Below the pieces are notes generated by a model. The model was not told where the DNA came from. It did no database searches and was given only the letters and a program-made list of their open reading frames with translations. Shown in pieces: positions 12,250 through 25,372 of a DNA stretch of 64,000 nucleotides. Positions within the stretch are counted from its first letter, which is position 1. Each line of letters begins with the position of its first letter. The position numbers were made by a program, and so were the translations under genes. This DNA is from Sminthopsis crassicaudata (taxonomy: Eukaryota): assembly GCF_048593235.1 (NCBI RefSeq), contig NC_133622.1:31558001-31622000 (forward strand). The letters are read 5' to 3'.

Positions 12250-12735
12250 ATCACAGAATCTTAAGAGTTTGAAGCACCTTCAAAGGCCATCGAGTCCAGG
12301 AATTCTTGAACTTTTTATGTCATGAACCCTTCCTTTGGCCAGATAGTAGAGTCTGTGAGTCCCTTCTCAGAATGATGTTTTGAAATGCATAAAATAAAAT
12401 ACACAGAATTGCAAATGTTAATGAAAATAAAAGTATAACATTTCCCCAGACAAGGTCACAGCCCTCCCGAAATCTCTCCACATATCCCAGTGATTTGAAG
12501 ATCCCAGATTAAGAACCCCTGATCTAGTCTAACTTTATCTGATTAAGATGTACTTCTATAGTATCCCGAGAAGTGGTCATCCAGTTCCTGGATGACCTCC
12601 CCATGGAAAGAGAAACCTACTACTTCTTGAGGCAATCTGTTCTACTTCTGGATAGCTTTGATTAATAAAAGGTTTGTTTTCCCCTATGCATTAAGCCTAA
12701 ATGTCTTTCTTTATGACTTGCACCAATTGTTCTAA
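12250..12735 (-). mobile_element. CR1/L3 LINE 3' fragment, interrupted by the hAT element
   Basis: gaatcttaagagtttgaagcaccttcaaaggccatc...gaggcaatctgttctacttctggatagctttg, a CR1 3'-end pattern. Confidence 0.55.
12297..12521. mobile_element. Non-autonomous hAT-Charlie-type DNA transposon (MER-like) nested in a CR1/L3 3' end
   Basis: TIR-like caggaattcttgaac and attaagaacccctg; 8-bp TSD atcgagtc/atctagtc (7/8 match). Confidence 0.7.
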
Positions 12736-13999
12736 GTTAGACTGAGTGCTGTTGTGTCCCCTCTAAATCTGTTCTTCACCCTTCACTTTCTCACCCTGCT
12801 AACACATCAGCATAGAATTGTCCACTATTTCAGCTGGTTATGGCTTTAGTTTCTTATGTGTCTACATCAGTTTCTTCAAACTTCTCAAATTTTTTCCTTC
12901 CTGATAGAATTGTTTCTGCATTAGAACTGGTTTCCTGAGAGATTCTGATCCCTTGGGTTTCCCTGTAGAATTTTAGAGAATGGAATATATTCTATCCACT
13001 GCGTCCCTCGATTCTTTGATATCTGTTCTCCCACCTGTGGCAAATGTTAGTCTACAACTAGATTTCTTTCTCTATCACAAATTTTAAGGTACCATATCTC
13101 CTTTCTTCCCCCGTATTATTTTTACTCTAACAACTAGCTCTTTTTAAATCTAAAACAGAAGTTTCCCTTAGTAACTTATCCATATTTTGAATGAGGATGA
13201 TATGTTGGGTAGATAAAGAAATAATCAATTGTTTGCCTCTAGCATAAAGAGAAAGCCCTAGACTATTTGGATAATTGACTATAACTATCATTGCTTTTGT
13301 GCACATCCATGCAGGTTTATGGTTTATTTCCTGAACTCATTTATTGCTTCTTTCTGTCTCTATGGTCTCTGATATACCTTAGTTATTTTTGGTTTTGGCT
13401 CTTTTTCTTCACCCTTATGTTCTTCATTATGATCTCTCCCACTCCCTTTTCTTATATTTTCTCACATAATTTTTGTTGTTTTTGTTGGAAGTAGAAGGAG
13501 GAATTGGAAGGAGTTGGGAACTGTAGCAAACGTAACGTATAACGAAGTTGTGAGTACAGTGACTCTACTTGTAATGAGATTATATTCTGAAGGTGAAGAC
13601 AGCAAGTGTGTGTATGAGAGAAGGAGGAGGGGCACTAATTAACAATAATCTAGGCAAAAAATGATGAAAATCCGAGCTAAAGTTGTTCTTGTATAAGTAG
13701 AAAGAAAGAGGCAAATGCAAGAGATATAGCAAAGAAGCAGCTTTGGCTTCTTTGTCAACTAAATGCATAGGTATGATGACATAGAATAGTGAGGAATCAA
13801 AGCAAGACGTGACCAGAGCCTGAATTAGGGTGATGGTCATAGGTTGACATAGGAGAGAATCTGTGGAGAAAGAAAGGACAAGTTTTGCATCTTATTAGTG
13901 AACAGCCTTCCCAGGATAATTAATGTTTAAGAATATTTATCTTCCTTGAGTTGTGCTCAGAACAACGTCACAACAAAACTGGAGGTTGGGAGGAGCTTT

Positions 14000-14400
14000 T
14001 TCAATACGTCAACAAGGACTTATTAAGTGCTCACTATATGCCCAGCATTGTGCTAAGTGCTTGATGATACAAAGAAAGGGGAAAAAACAACCCCATGCTG
14101 TCAAGGCGCCCACAGTCTAATGAGGGAGATGACGTGGAAAACAATCATGCACAAAAAATTTACTTTTGGATAAATGGAGATAATCACCAGAATGAAGCCA
14201 TCAGCGTTAATGAGGAGTGAGGGGACTTTTTGTGGAAGGTGAGATTTCTAGCTGGGATTTGAAAAACCAGAGAAAGCCAGGAGATGGAGATGAGGAGGTG
14301 GATAATTCCAAGCATGGGGACAGCAAATAAAAATGCCCAAAGTCTGGAATCGAATATGTGTCTTGTAATGGCAAGGGAGCCACTGTTGCTGTATCCAGCT
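14000..14400 (-). mobile_element. L2 LINE 3' fragment
   Basis: caacaaggacttattaagtgctcactatatgcccagcattgtgctaagtgct, the L2 3' end signature. Confidence 0.7.
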
Positions 14401-16305
14401 GAAACTCTGTCCCCACAGGTTAGTTAGATTTGCCTGAGCTTGGTCTCTTGATATCTTTCATATAGCCCTGTCTCTGGGAGTGTGAATTTGACAGTTGTAT
14501 GCAACTTATATGTAAATAAGAAATCCTGTACTACTCGATTGGCCGCAATGATGGCCAATCCGGGAATGAAACTCTCCTGAACCAGTTGCCCAGGACTATA
14601 GATTGCTAAGAATTGCTAAGATGCAACTTCTCATTATTATTTTTTTCCTGTTGACATTATCTGCTGTTACAAATGACCGTCATGGGTCCTTTCCAGCATA
14701 TTCACAGATTTGGCTTGTATGATTAAGGTGATATTCTAGAGCAGGATTTTAGGACTGCTTAGTTGCCTCAATATCTCTCTTATTTGTTGTCTAAGTGTTT
14801 AAGCTCAAATGATCTTCTATCCTATTGCATCCTATTTTTTAAACCTTTATTTTAAAAAAATAGAGATTTTGTTACCTCTCTCGGTAGTCCATTCCAACAA
14901 CTAACAATTTTCCAATAATAACTCTTGGAGAAATTCTGGCATCGAACACATTTCCTCATGCCATAATTTGTTTCCTCTCCTTTTTCTCTTGGGAGACTTG
15001 GGAGTAGTTGATCAACTGTCCATCAATTCTTTGTATGATGATGTATCAAATACTTAATGACAACTTTAATTTTTAGAACTTTTAGTACTATGCTGCTTTT
15101 AAGTACCATCGCTCTAGTGATGTAGTAATCTTCATTGCTAATTGTTTTTGACATCAAATAAAACTCTTGTCTTTTCAAAATCCTCCACAGTTGGGCTCCA
15201 CCAGATCTCTCCAAAACTTACTTCTTTCTCATGCCTTAAGATAAGCCTTATCTTCCAAAGCCAAGCAGATCTCTATACTGTCTCTTCTACATCAGTGGGT
15301 ATCCCTACTTTTGTTCCTTTGTTCTGACTGTTCCTACTTTCTGAGCCATCCACATTCGTTGACTACAATTACTTAAGTTTTTCGTGTTCTTTAAGAACTA
15401 TCTTGAAGCCTTTATGTACTGATGTGCACTAATCTTTCCCTTCTTGGGACTCTCGTTGCTCTTGAAATCTGCTTCTTGTTTCCATATTAGTTTATTTTGC
15501 TTGTTAAATATTTTATGTATATTCATGTCTTATGACCCCCAATTAATGACATTCCATCTATTTAATACCACAAAGGCAAAAGAGTCTTATTTTTATATTA
15601 TTTATATCCCACATAGTGCTTGACATATCAATAGTGGATAATAACTAAATAAATATAGTTGGCTGATTAATTCAATCTTTGAGGTAAAAGAATCTATAGA
15701 AATAGAAATGACCTAAAAAAAAAATCTTTATCTTATATCATTATAATGACCATACTTGAAAAAATTACACTCTTCTCTTCATTAAGAAGAAAGGACATTC
15801 TCTTCTCACTGGACTATGGATGTGATGTATTGCAAACTCTATCATTCCAAGTATTGTTTGGTTTATCTTAATGGGATTTTTTTTTAAATCTGCAAAAAAA
15901 AATGTCCATTAGGTATAGAAATGATTATAATTTGAAATGAATGTGATTTTAAAAGATGACAATGAAATAAAAATGTAAACATTGTGATAGTAGCAAAAAT
16001 AATCTCTCTAATAATTTTGCTACTTATTAAAAAATCTTACTGTTTGGATATTCAAGCTTTTTATTATTATTATTATTATTAAACTGGGGGCTAATCCTGG
16101 TACCAATACCAGAATATACCCATTTATATTGATATTTTATAATAAGTAATTGAGAAATGAGAAATAAGTAATTGAAGAAAAAACCTGTACTCTCACAGTC
16201 TTGAACAAATCTCTTTAACGACATAGAAACTTGTCATTTTGAAAAAAGTGGCTTGTTTAAGCTACTCCCCCCAATGATTATCAATACTTTTCCTCTCTTA
16301 CCTAG

Positions 16306-16558
16306 GCAGAGGAAGTGACTCAGAATCTGACTTGCCTCATCGAAAGCTTCCAGATGTAAAGAAGGATGACATGTCAGCAAGGAGGACTTCTCATGGTGAG
16401 CCGAAATCAGCAGTGCCTTTTAATCAGTACCTCCCCAACAAGAGTAACCAGACAGCTTATGTACCTGCACCTCTGAGAAGGAAGAAAGCAGAGAGGGAGG
16501 AGTATCGAAAGAGCTGGAGTACTGCAACCTCACCTCTAGGTGGGGAGAGAACTTTCAG
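16306..16558 (+). CDS. LIMCH1: LIMCH1 exon [27 protein letters not shown]...GGERTF (DUF4757-type region)
   Basis: cctAG acceptor, AG|GTAAGC donor; 253 nt, phase 1-2. Confidence 0.97.
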
Positions 16559-16569
16559 GTAAGCCCAGT

Positions 16570-16685
16570 CTTTCATCTTTCCCTTTTCCCTTTCCCCTTT
16601 CCCTTTTCCTTTTTCCCTTTCCCTTTTCCCTTTCCCTTTCTCTTTTCTCTTTTCTTTTTCCCTTTCTTTCCTTTTTCCATTTCCC
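16570..16685. repeat. (TTTCCC)n-like polypyrimidine tract
   Basis: Almost pure C/T run starting about 12 nt after the 16558 donor. Confidence 0.92.
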
Positions 16686-17734
16686 TAACTTTTCGTATTC
16701 CTCCACCCGCCCCTGATCTGAAATAAGTTCCATTACTGAACATACTTCAAATTATGTCAATTTTAGTCTGGTCACAGCAGAATCATGACTCTAGCATGTG
16801 ATATTTGTCTTATTGACCCAGACATGGAAGTTTCCATTCTGGCCACCAAAATCTACTGGTCATAGACCCTTGTCTGGCATCTTACAAAGAAACTGCCTTC
16901 ATGGAGAGTCAGGTTAAGTGCAGTGAGGCTGTTCTATGGGCAATTAAGGAGAAATCTGGGAGATTTTTCTTGTAAAGTTAAACATAGAGGAAATAATGAT
17001 CAACTGTCAGGAACTTTGCATCTCCAATTTGGAGGAATTGTCTTAAGCAATTTGTTCTTTATCCCTATTTTCAAAATTTGTGTTTAATACACCTTTACCT
17101 TTGTGCAGCAGTTTACACTTTGAAAAGCTTTCACCTACCTTATTGCATTTGATGCTCATAGCACACGATGAAAAAGTTAAAACTGTTATTTTCGTTTTCC
17201 TTTTACATCAGAGGCAATTGATTCTTATAGAGGCTGTGATTGCTTTTTACTAACTGTGATTCAGATCCAGATCACTTGGCCCCTTCCTCCTCCTCACTCC
17301 CTCATTCGAGTGCTCTTTTTAGGATAAATTGTACAAAACCTTTCAGATAACTGTAGTTATTGAATGTTATCCATCTAATTGTTTGGTTTACTATTGTGTA
17401 AACTTTGAAATGGAAATGATCTTACTATATAATAAAGGTAATACATTTTGTATGGTAGTGGAAAGCATTTGGAATGGTATTTAAAAGTTACTAGAATGAT
17501 TACGTATTATATTAACTGTTAAGAAAGGCTTCGATTTGATAATTGTCTGGATTTTTTCCATTAAATTATTAGGTTAACTGTATGTCCTTTCTTTATATTT
17601 GATGAATTATGACTTTTCATTTTGAGAAGCTAAGATTAATTTTTAACAACTAAGAAAGATCTCATATTTGGTCTCAAGTCAACCATCAGTATGGCATTTC
17701 CAGTTTTGGTAAACTGTATCGTACAACTCAATAG

Positions 17735-18004
17735 CTACCCAGAAACCATAAAGGAGGAAGAACAAAATGAAGTGGGGGCTAATGGTGAAGAGGTGCAGGC
17801 TGCCCCATCGGATCCTAACGGAAAGCCTTCAGATCCAGGGTTAGAACAGAATGAGCAGAATGGTAAGGAACAGTCTCTTCCAGAGAGTACAAAAGAAATG
17901 GTAGCACAGAAAGCCACCCAGAAAGAGCTTGAAGAGATGAGAAAACGCAGAAGTCTGGAGCAGGCTGGTATCAAGATCTTGCCAGCCTCACGGCGTTTTG
18001 CCAG
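17735..18004 (+). CDS. LIMCH1: LIMCH1 cassette exon SYPETIKEEEQ...LEQAGIKILPASRRFA
   Basis: aatAG|C acceptor, AG|GTTAGC donor; 270 nt, symmetric phase 2-2; resembles remembered long human isoform (SFPETIEEE...LEQAGIKVMPAAQRFA). Confidence 0.88.
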
Positions 18005-19389
18005 GTTAGCTCTGTGATTGCTGGAGACTCATGCATGGCTTGTGATTTGAAATGTGTTGACGATGGTTGGCGTCCATTCTTTAATTTCTCTCTTCATGAC
18101 TTTCCCCTCCCAAACCTGCTTCCCCCGGCTGAAGTGGTGGAAAAGAAAGCGGCTGTTAAGTGTCGGCTGTTTCTCTGCTTACTGGTTGAGTATTTTAGTT
18201 GAAAAGGAGTGACCCCTCGAGTGGGCTTGATAAAGGGTGACTATTGCTCAATGCACTTATTGCAATTGAATTTCATCATTCCAAACTACCATGCCATGGT
18301 TTCTCTTAACTTGCATCAGTGCATTTTTATTTACCCTTCTGTTATTGCTATTTTGTCCATTTTTCTACCAATTTTAAATGGCTCGTATCCAGACATCATT
18401 AGGGGAATGGTCAGTGTTACCAGCTGGTGGGGAAGATTTTATGAAGGATGGCTAGTCCTTCTTTACTAATAATCCCTTGCCTTCCGCATCTCAAATGGCT
18501 AGTAAATAATTCTGTTATGGCAGCAGCTCCTGTGAACACAGCACACTAATTGTCGGCAGTTTGGTTTTAACCAGGGGTTGGGGGTGAGGTTAAAGATTTG
18601 AGTGGTAAGCTAAAAGTCTGTCATTGGTATCCAGTTATGACTGTCTCCTGTTACATAACAGAGAATCCTGAACAAGCAAAATCAGAGAAATAAGAATATT
18701 TTAATGTGCAAATCAGTTTATTTTTCTGAAACAATGATTTATTGTTGAGAAATTGATTTATTTAATAGCCGTGAAACAACATAGAGTCATACAATGACCT
18801 CAGTGTTTTCTATTTTTCTATGCAATGGCACACTTACTATGTATAATTATCTTTGATTCACACCAGTCCTGAGTAGAATATATTGACTGTATTCTTAGTC
18901 ATTTCAAGAAAAATAGATGTCCTCCTCTCTGTGGGAGCCAATAGATAAACATATGTATTACAAATGTATAGGAAAACTAAATAAAACTTGTGTTTAAACA
19001 TACATACATCATTTATACTTAAGCTCGGATACAAAATAACCAAAAACCGTTCATAATCTTTACATTAGTACACAGTGCAATATGGGCATGCCCATGTTAC
19101 ATGTAACATGCACAACGCAATCTATTATATGTATATGTATTATGACACGGATCATAAAGATAAAACATATATGTGTACACACACTCATCTACATGGTCAT
19201 ACTGTATATGCCCTGTTCTAAGTTCCTAGTTCAGTTGTCCACTTATTTCCAGACCACCGGTCAGAGTTATTGGCTAATTTCTTAGCCCTTTTGCTCCTCA
19301 GTTTTCTATATTCATATTATATCACATCACCATCACATCGTTAGAGCATGTCATAACATGTTATAGCATATAATATATTATATGCAGGT

Positions 19390-22300
19390 GAATGTTTTGT
19401 CCCCCACTAGAATGTGGAAGCTCTTTGAGGTGAGGGACAGGTTTGATTTAGATTTTCGAGCGCTGGTCCAGTGCCCTGAGCATAAATTCTTAATGAATAT
19501 TTGTCAAATTAAATCAACTCTGATGGAGGAGATTTTCGGTTCTACAGATAATATAATTTTAAGTTGAATTCATTGACCTTTGAGCTCTGAAAATTTCCTC
19601 CACACCTAGCTTCCTATAATATTCCTATATATACCTTGTTTATATTACCTCTCCTAAGCCTATTCTTGGTCCTCCCCCTGTACTGGAGTCCCTCCCCTTC
19701 CCATTATGACAGTCCTTCACCTGTGCTCTGGAATCACTTTTTACTCTTCAGGGACTTCAGGGTCTTACCCCACAGGGCCAACCTATAGTTGACCAGTTCA
19801 CCGGGAGTATTGTATGTACATAAGCCAGTCTTCTTGCCCCACTATCTTTTTGTCACTTGTGCCCTGCTGATAGTTAACTGGGGACACCTCCCTCATCTGC
19901 TTTCTGGGAGCCTTCTCCGGTGCAGCTGAGCCCTCTTGGAAGACAACTGTTCACAAAGTCCACTCATCCCTATCTGGCAATGTTCTTTTGTTCATTTTGT
20001 TCTTCCATGATTGACTTTCACACTCCTGAAAGCAGCTGTTTCAGGCTCTCTTCTCAAANNNNNNNNNNNNNNNNNNNNNNNNNNNNNNNNNNNNNNNNNN
20101 NNNNNNNNNNNNNNNNNNNNNNNNNNNNNNNNNNNNNNNNNNNNNNNNNNNNNNNNNNNNNNNNNNNNNNNNNNNNNNNNNNNNNNCTTTCTCTAAGTCA
20201 TCCCCTTTTTATTCTTATTTGATTCTCTGTAAAGATGTTTTGACTTGATAAGATGCATCAATCTACTGGTGCAGATATGAATCCCTTCCCTGCCAGTATT
20301 CCTTGGCAGTTCATCCAGTTAACTCATATTCAATCTCTCCTGTCTGATGCCTTCTTCTCTCCCTAGAAATATGGCTATGTTTACCCTCTCCACAAAAATC
20401 TTTAGCTCAATTATACTTCATCCTTAAGCTATTGTCCTTTATCTTTCTTCCTTTTTCTCATTGCCAGCCTCCTAAAAATAGATTTGTTGCTTTGACTTCC
20501 TCAGTCTTTTCAAAGCAGCTTTTGACCCCACCACCACCCTCTCAAAGGTTATTCACAGTCTCTTAACCAATCTGTCTTATGGTTTTGTTCTCATCCTTCC
20601 GTCTGGGGAGTGTTGACATCATCGGCCTAGCCCTTCTTACTGGACATTCTCTGTTCCCTTATTTTTTGTGACATTACTTTCCTTGGTTGTGCCTTGTAAA
20701 TCAGTATCGTTCTCTGGTTCCTTGGCATCCCCTTTCCCATCCCTCCCTCTATCCTAGGCCTTTTTCTTTTCTTCTTCTAGACCAGAGATTCTTACTCTGG
20801 GTCTATGAACTTGTGCATTTTAAAATTTTGATAACTATTTCAACATAATGCATTTTCTTTATGTGCTGTGTATTTTACTATAAGCTTTTAAAGGCATTAT
20901 TTTAAGAAGGAAAAAGAATCTGTCACACATACATACACACAAAGGATTTAAGATCCCTGCTTTATAATTTCCATGGTCCCATGAATTAAAGTATCATTTA
21001 TATGTAGGTTACTCCCTAATCTAGATAACAGCCTCCTAACCTTTTTTTTCCAACTTCAGGCCTGAAATGTCAATCACCTGCTAACTGGTTTCCATTTGGA
21101 TATCCCACATGCACCTCAAATTCAATATGACCCAAACAGAACCAATTATCTTTATCTTATAAATGGGTTCTATCATCTTCACAGTGACCCAGATTGGTGT
21201 CCTTGGACCCATCTTGGAACTTTTCCTCTCCCTTAACGCACATGTATCCAATCAATGCCTAAGTCCTCTTAATTTTGCCTGGTTTCTCCTCTTCCCATTC
21301 ATACTAAGAAATTGAGCTAGTTCAGGGTCCTCGCCAGCTTTTGTCCAAGAAATTGCAGCTTCCCTTGGTATCACTTCATATGGCTTTCCATTTTTCTTTC
21401 ACCCATTTTGTGATTCATTAATAGTTAGCAATTTATTTTAGCATATGTAGGATGCCATTACAAAAAAAAATGAGTATTACAAGCAGGAAGGACTATTGGA
21501 ATCTAAAAGCTAAAACACTTTAACATGAACATATAAGCAGTATGCTGTATTGGGGAAAGGAGTGCTGGAGTCGCATCTCACCTCACATCCTTGCTATGTT
21601 ACTCTTTTCACTTTTAAGAATTTCAGTTTCTTCATCAGTTATTTATATTATTCCCGTCATAGGGTCACTGTGAGGAGAAACTGCAAACCTGAAAGCCCTC
21701 TATGAATGTCACTTGCCCTTATTCTTACTATGACTATTTCCCTGGGTTACGCATTTGGCCTCTTTGAATTTTGAATTTCAAGTTTGATTTTTGAATCTGT
21801 TTCATGAGTGAAAGTAGCACCATGATCTGTTCTAGAATGGCCCTTTATTCTACTTTTCCCAGAGGCCTCCTATCCTACCTTGGGGCGATCACTCCCCTCC
21901 CCTGCCCCTCGGTCTGTCTTCTCTATTTCTAGTCTTGTGGTCAGTGATCACACTGAGTTCCCTAGAGATTCCTGCCATCTCCCTGAGGTGAACCCATATG
22001 TCCTTACAGTATTCCTTCCTTTCCCTTTCTACAACTATACTCCTCTCTTCTTAGCATCCGATGACTTTGCTTCCTCCTTTCCTAAGATTGGATCTCCTAG
22101 GAAGAACTGGTCCTTCTCTTTCACAAGATCAATCCTTCTACTTGTGCCCAATCCCCTCCAAGACTTTACCCCACCTTTTCTCATCTTTTAGTTCTTTCCC
22201 TTTATCTGTGGACATGCTCTCCCAGATTTTAAAATAAACCCTTCCCTGTTAATTCCCTCAGACTACTGTCCTATATAACTTCTATTCACAGAAAAAAAAA

Positions 22301-23300
22301 TTCTTGAAAAAACAGGTACAGTCATTGTCTCCATTTCCTAACATAACCACATATCCCACTGATTTCTCAACCCTTTGCAATCTGGCGATGGAGCTTAAAT
22401 TTAACTGAAGTTTCTCTCTTCAAGGTTATTCATGATTTTTTATTATGAAATCCTGTTGCCTTCTCAGTTTTTATCTTTTCAACTCTGAGAAGTTTTTGAC
22501 CTTGAAAACTGTCTCTCTCCTACTTCCTTCTGGATAATTTCCCTTCCCCATCCCCCTTGGTTTCAAGAATATTGCTCTGATCCTCATTCTAGTCCTAATT
22601 GTTGGACTTCTATTTTCTGTATTCTTTGCTGGGTCTTTTAACCAGTCTACATCAGTACTACTACTATTCAGGACCATAGTTTCTTCTGTCTTTTCATACT
22701 CTTTTTGCTGTCATTAGCTCCCATGGACTTAATTATCATACATAACCAGATAACTAAGAGGCTCCCAGATTTATACATTCAGCCTTACTCTCTTTCTTGA
22801 ACTCACTATCTTTTGAACCTTTTTCTTTCCCTGGGTCTCAAGCTCAGGATGCCCAATATGGAAACATTATTGCCTTTCTCCTCTAGCCTACCTCTCATCA
22901 AAACATCAACATTTCTGCTTAGGGTGCCATCATCCTCCTTTCATTAAACTAGTTTGATATTCTCAAGGATATTTTTTATTGATTCTTTTCTCTCATCTAT
23001 TCCACTTTGCATGGGCTTGCTGGTTGAGTTACCTTGATTCTACCTTCAAAATATCTCTTCTTTCTACTTACACCACCAAACACCCCAATTTAGTCCTCCA
23101 TAACTTTTTGCCTACAATTTAGCTTATGAGTCTCCTTGTTTTGAATCTCACTCTGCAATTTTTCCTCTTTGTGGATTATTTAGATTCTGAAAGTAAAGTC
23201 TGGCCATATCCCTCTCCTGCTGAAATACATTGATTGACTCCGTTTTGTCTCAGTGTAAAACTCTTCAGGAGTATAAACTCTTCAGTAAACTCTTCCACAA
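19390..23300 (+). mobile_element. Cluster of degraded L2 fragments; boundaries approximate, interleaved with other repeats
   Basis: Pyrimidine-rich L2-type text (e.g. ctcaaccctttgcaatctggc at ~22365) and an L2 3' end at 19390-19510. Confidence 0.5.
20783..20959. mobile_element. Same hAT-Charlie-type MER-like family, opposite orientation
   Basis: cagagattcttac...ttttgataactatttcaacataa...gatttaagatccctg. Confidence 0.55.
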
Positions 23301-25169
23301 CACACACTTTCCTTTTCCATAGAATGCACACTATGCTGTTGTTGTTGTTTGTCCTTCATCTTCATTCTCAGAGGAGGCCCTGACATCAGGGAGATGATGC
23401 TCTGAGAAGCAAGTGAATTGTGCAGTCATCAGCCAAATCCACCGTTTGAATATTTTATAAGCTTGACAAACTATTCCCCAAAATGTATGTCAGCCCACTC
23501 CTTCCTAAACTCTGCCTCTGAGAATCCCTATCTTTTGAAAAGGCTCCTGTCAAGTATTTCTTCTGTTGCCCTCCTCCTTGGAAGTTTTTCTTGATATGTT
23601 GAGTTGTTAGTGTTTTCTCCCCTTATAAATTATATTACATTTAATTTTGTATTTAGGTTGTATCCCATCAACCCATTTTAAGCTTTTGAGGCTCAAATTT
23701 TTGAGGCTCAAAACTGTTCTGGTTGTGCCTTTGTATCCCCCCAATTCTTTATGTGTTATTAAATGCTTAAAAAAGTGCTGGGTTCAGCAAATTATCCATT
23801 GGATTTAAGAAATTTCCTCTTGCCCCTTGTACTTAAGTCAGTACAAGTCTGAAACTCTACATAGGAGTCAGGTTGCTTGGGAGGGAGGAACCCTACCTTT
23901 TTGATACCTTGAATTTTTAAAGTGTTTTTTAGCTTTCAAAGTACTATATTATCTATATCTTATTTCATTTTTTGAATAACCCAGTGGGCACGAGGAAAAG
24001 GCAGAAAGTAAAGGTAGTCTTCATCCCCATTTTCACATGACATTAGAAAGTCAGGAATTCTCTTCCGTCATTATATATATGTTTTAGAAATATTTTCCTA
24101 CCAAGGTCTACTTTTATAACTATGCAGAAGTTAGTATTTATTTTCCTTAATAGATAAGCTACTTTCTAATTTCCTTTTTTAGTTCTGATTGATTTACTTT
24201 GGTTAGTTTTTAAAAATAAAGGGTATTACAAATGGAGCCAAGAACTTAGATTTTAAGAGGATAAAAGTAGATCCAGGATTCACTTCCTCCAAATTAAAAT
24301 GCCATGGAGATTTGAGTTCAGTTGCATAGTGTTTCCCATTGGAGAAGTAAACTTTTTTTTTTTTTAACAACTGAATTATAGGTTTCACGTGATTGCACTT
24401 CTTTTCTAATTGTTTTCATATGTTTCAGCACTCGGTATTTTTTGCTAGTCTGTGAATCTTCTCAACCACATAGTAATTAATTACAGAAAAAACTCTCCAA
24501 GGAACAATAGACATTTAAGGATTCTGTAGAGGAAAAGCAGATGTAGCTAAATGCCAGACACATATTCCTCTAAGTCCTCCCCTTGCCAGATGCCTTTTTC
24601 ATTGACTATGATCATACTGATGTAGGGAGAACAGTCAGATATAGAATTTGTTCTTTTTCTGTGATCCCTGCTTTCATTGCCTTTGTTTGGGAGTGGGAAG
24701 ATGGTGACAGTCCCTGTGCTGTCCCAGGCATTCACGTGTGATATCGAAGATTTCAGAGCTGCCTCTTTTTTTACGTGAGGTCCCCTGAGTGTTTGACTTT
24801 AGCTTCTTGGTTAATCTACCCTGGAGAGAGAGAACGTCAGCTTTTATTTTTGTCACCTTACACGTAGCACAGTAGCAGCTTAATAAATGTTTGTTGAAGT
24901 CAGTATATATTGTCAAGTGAAAGGGACCAGGGGAAATGTGAAGTTTCTCTTAGTTCCATTGAACTCTTCAGGTGTATCAGTCAAGGTCAGGAACTTCAAA
25001 GAACAAAGCTAAAGTTTCCCATTAAATGGATCGAATTGGAGAATTTATTGACTACAATCCATACCATTTGGATACGCTCATTCATACAAGAAGGGTTCGA
25101 GATTTAATATCTTCTCACTACAGTTCTGAGAACCTATCTTGGCCTGGTTTGGTGAAATGAAGCTAAGAT

Positions 25170-25372
25170 ACACATGTACATGTACATACATACATATATA
25201 TATAATACATGTGTATGTGTATAATATACATGTATGTATATTATATATGTGTAATAATATTTATGTATGTATTGTATATATGTATATTATTGTGTGTATA
25301 TATACACACACATTTTAATTTATATTTTCATACACACATACACACACACACACACACACACAATATATATGT
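25170..25372. repeat. TA/CA low-complexity repeat
   Basis: Read directly. Confidence 0.85.
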
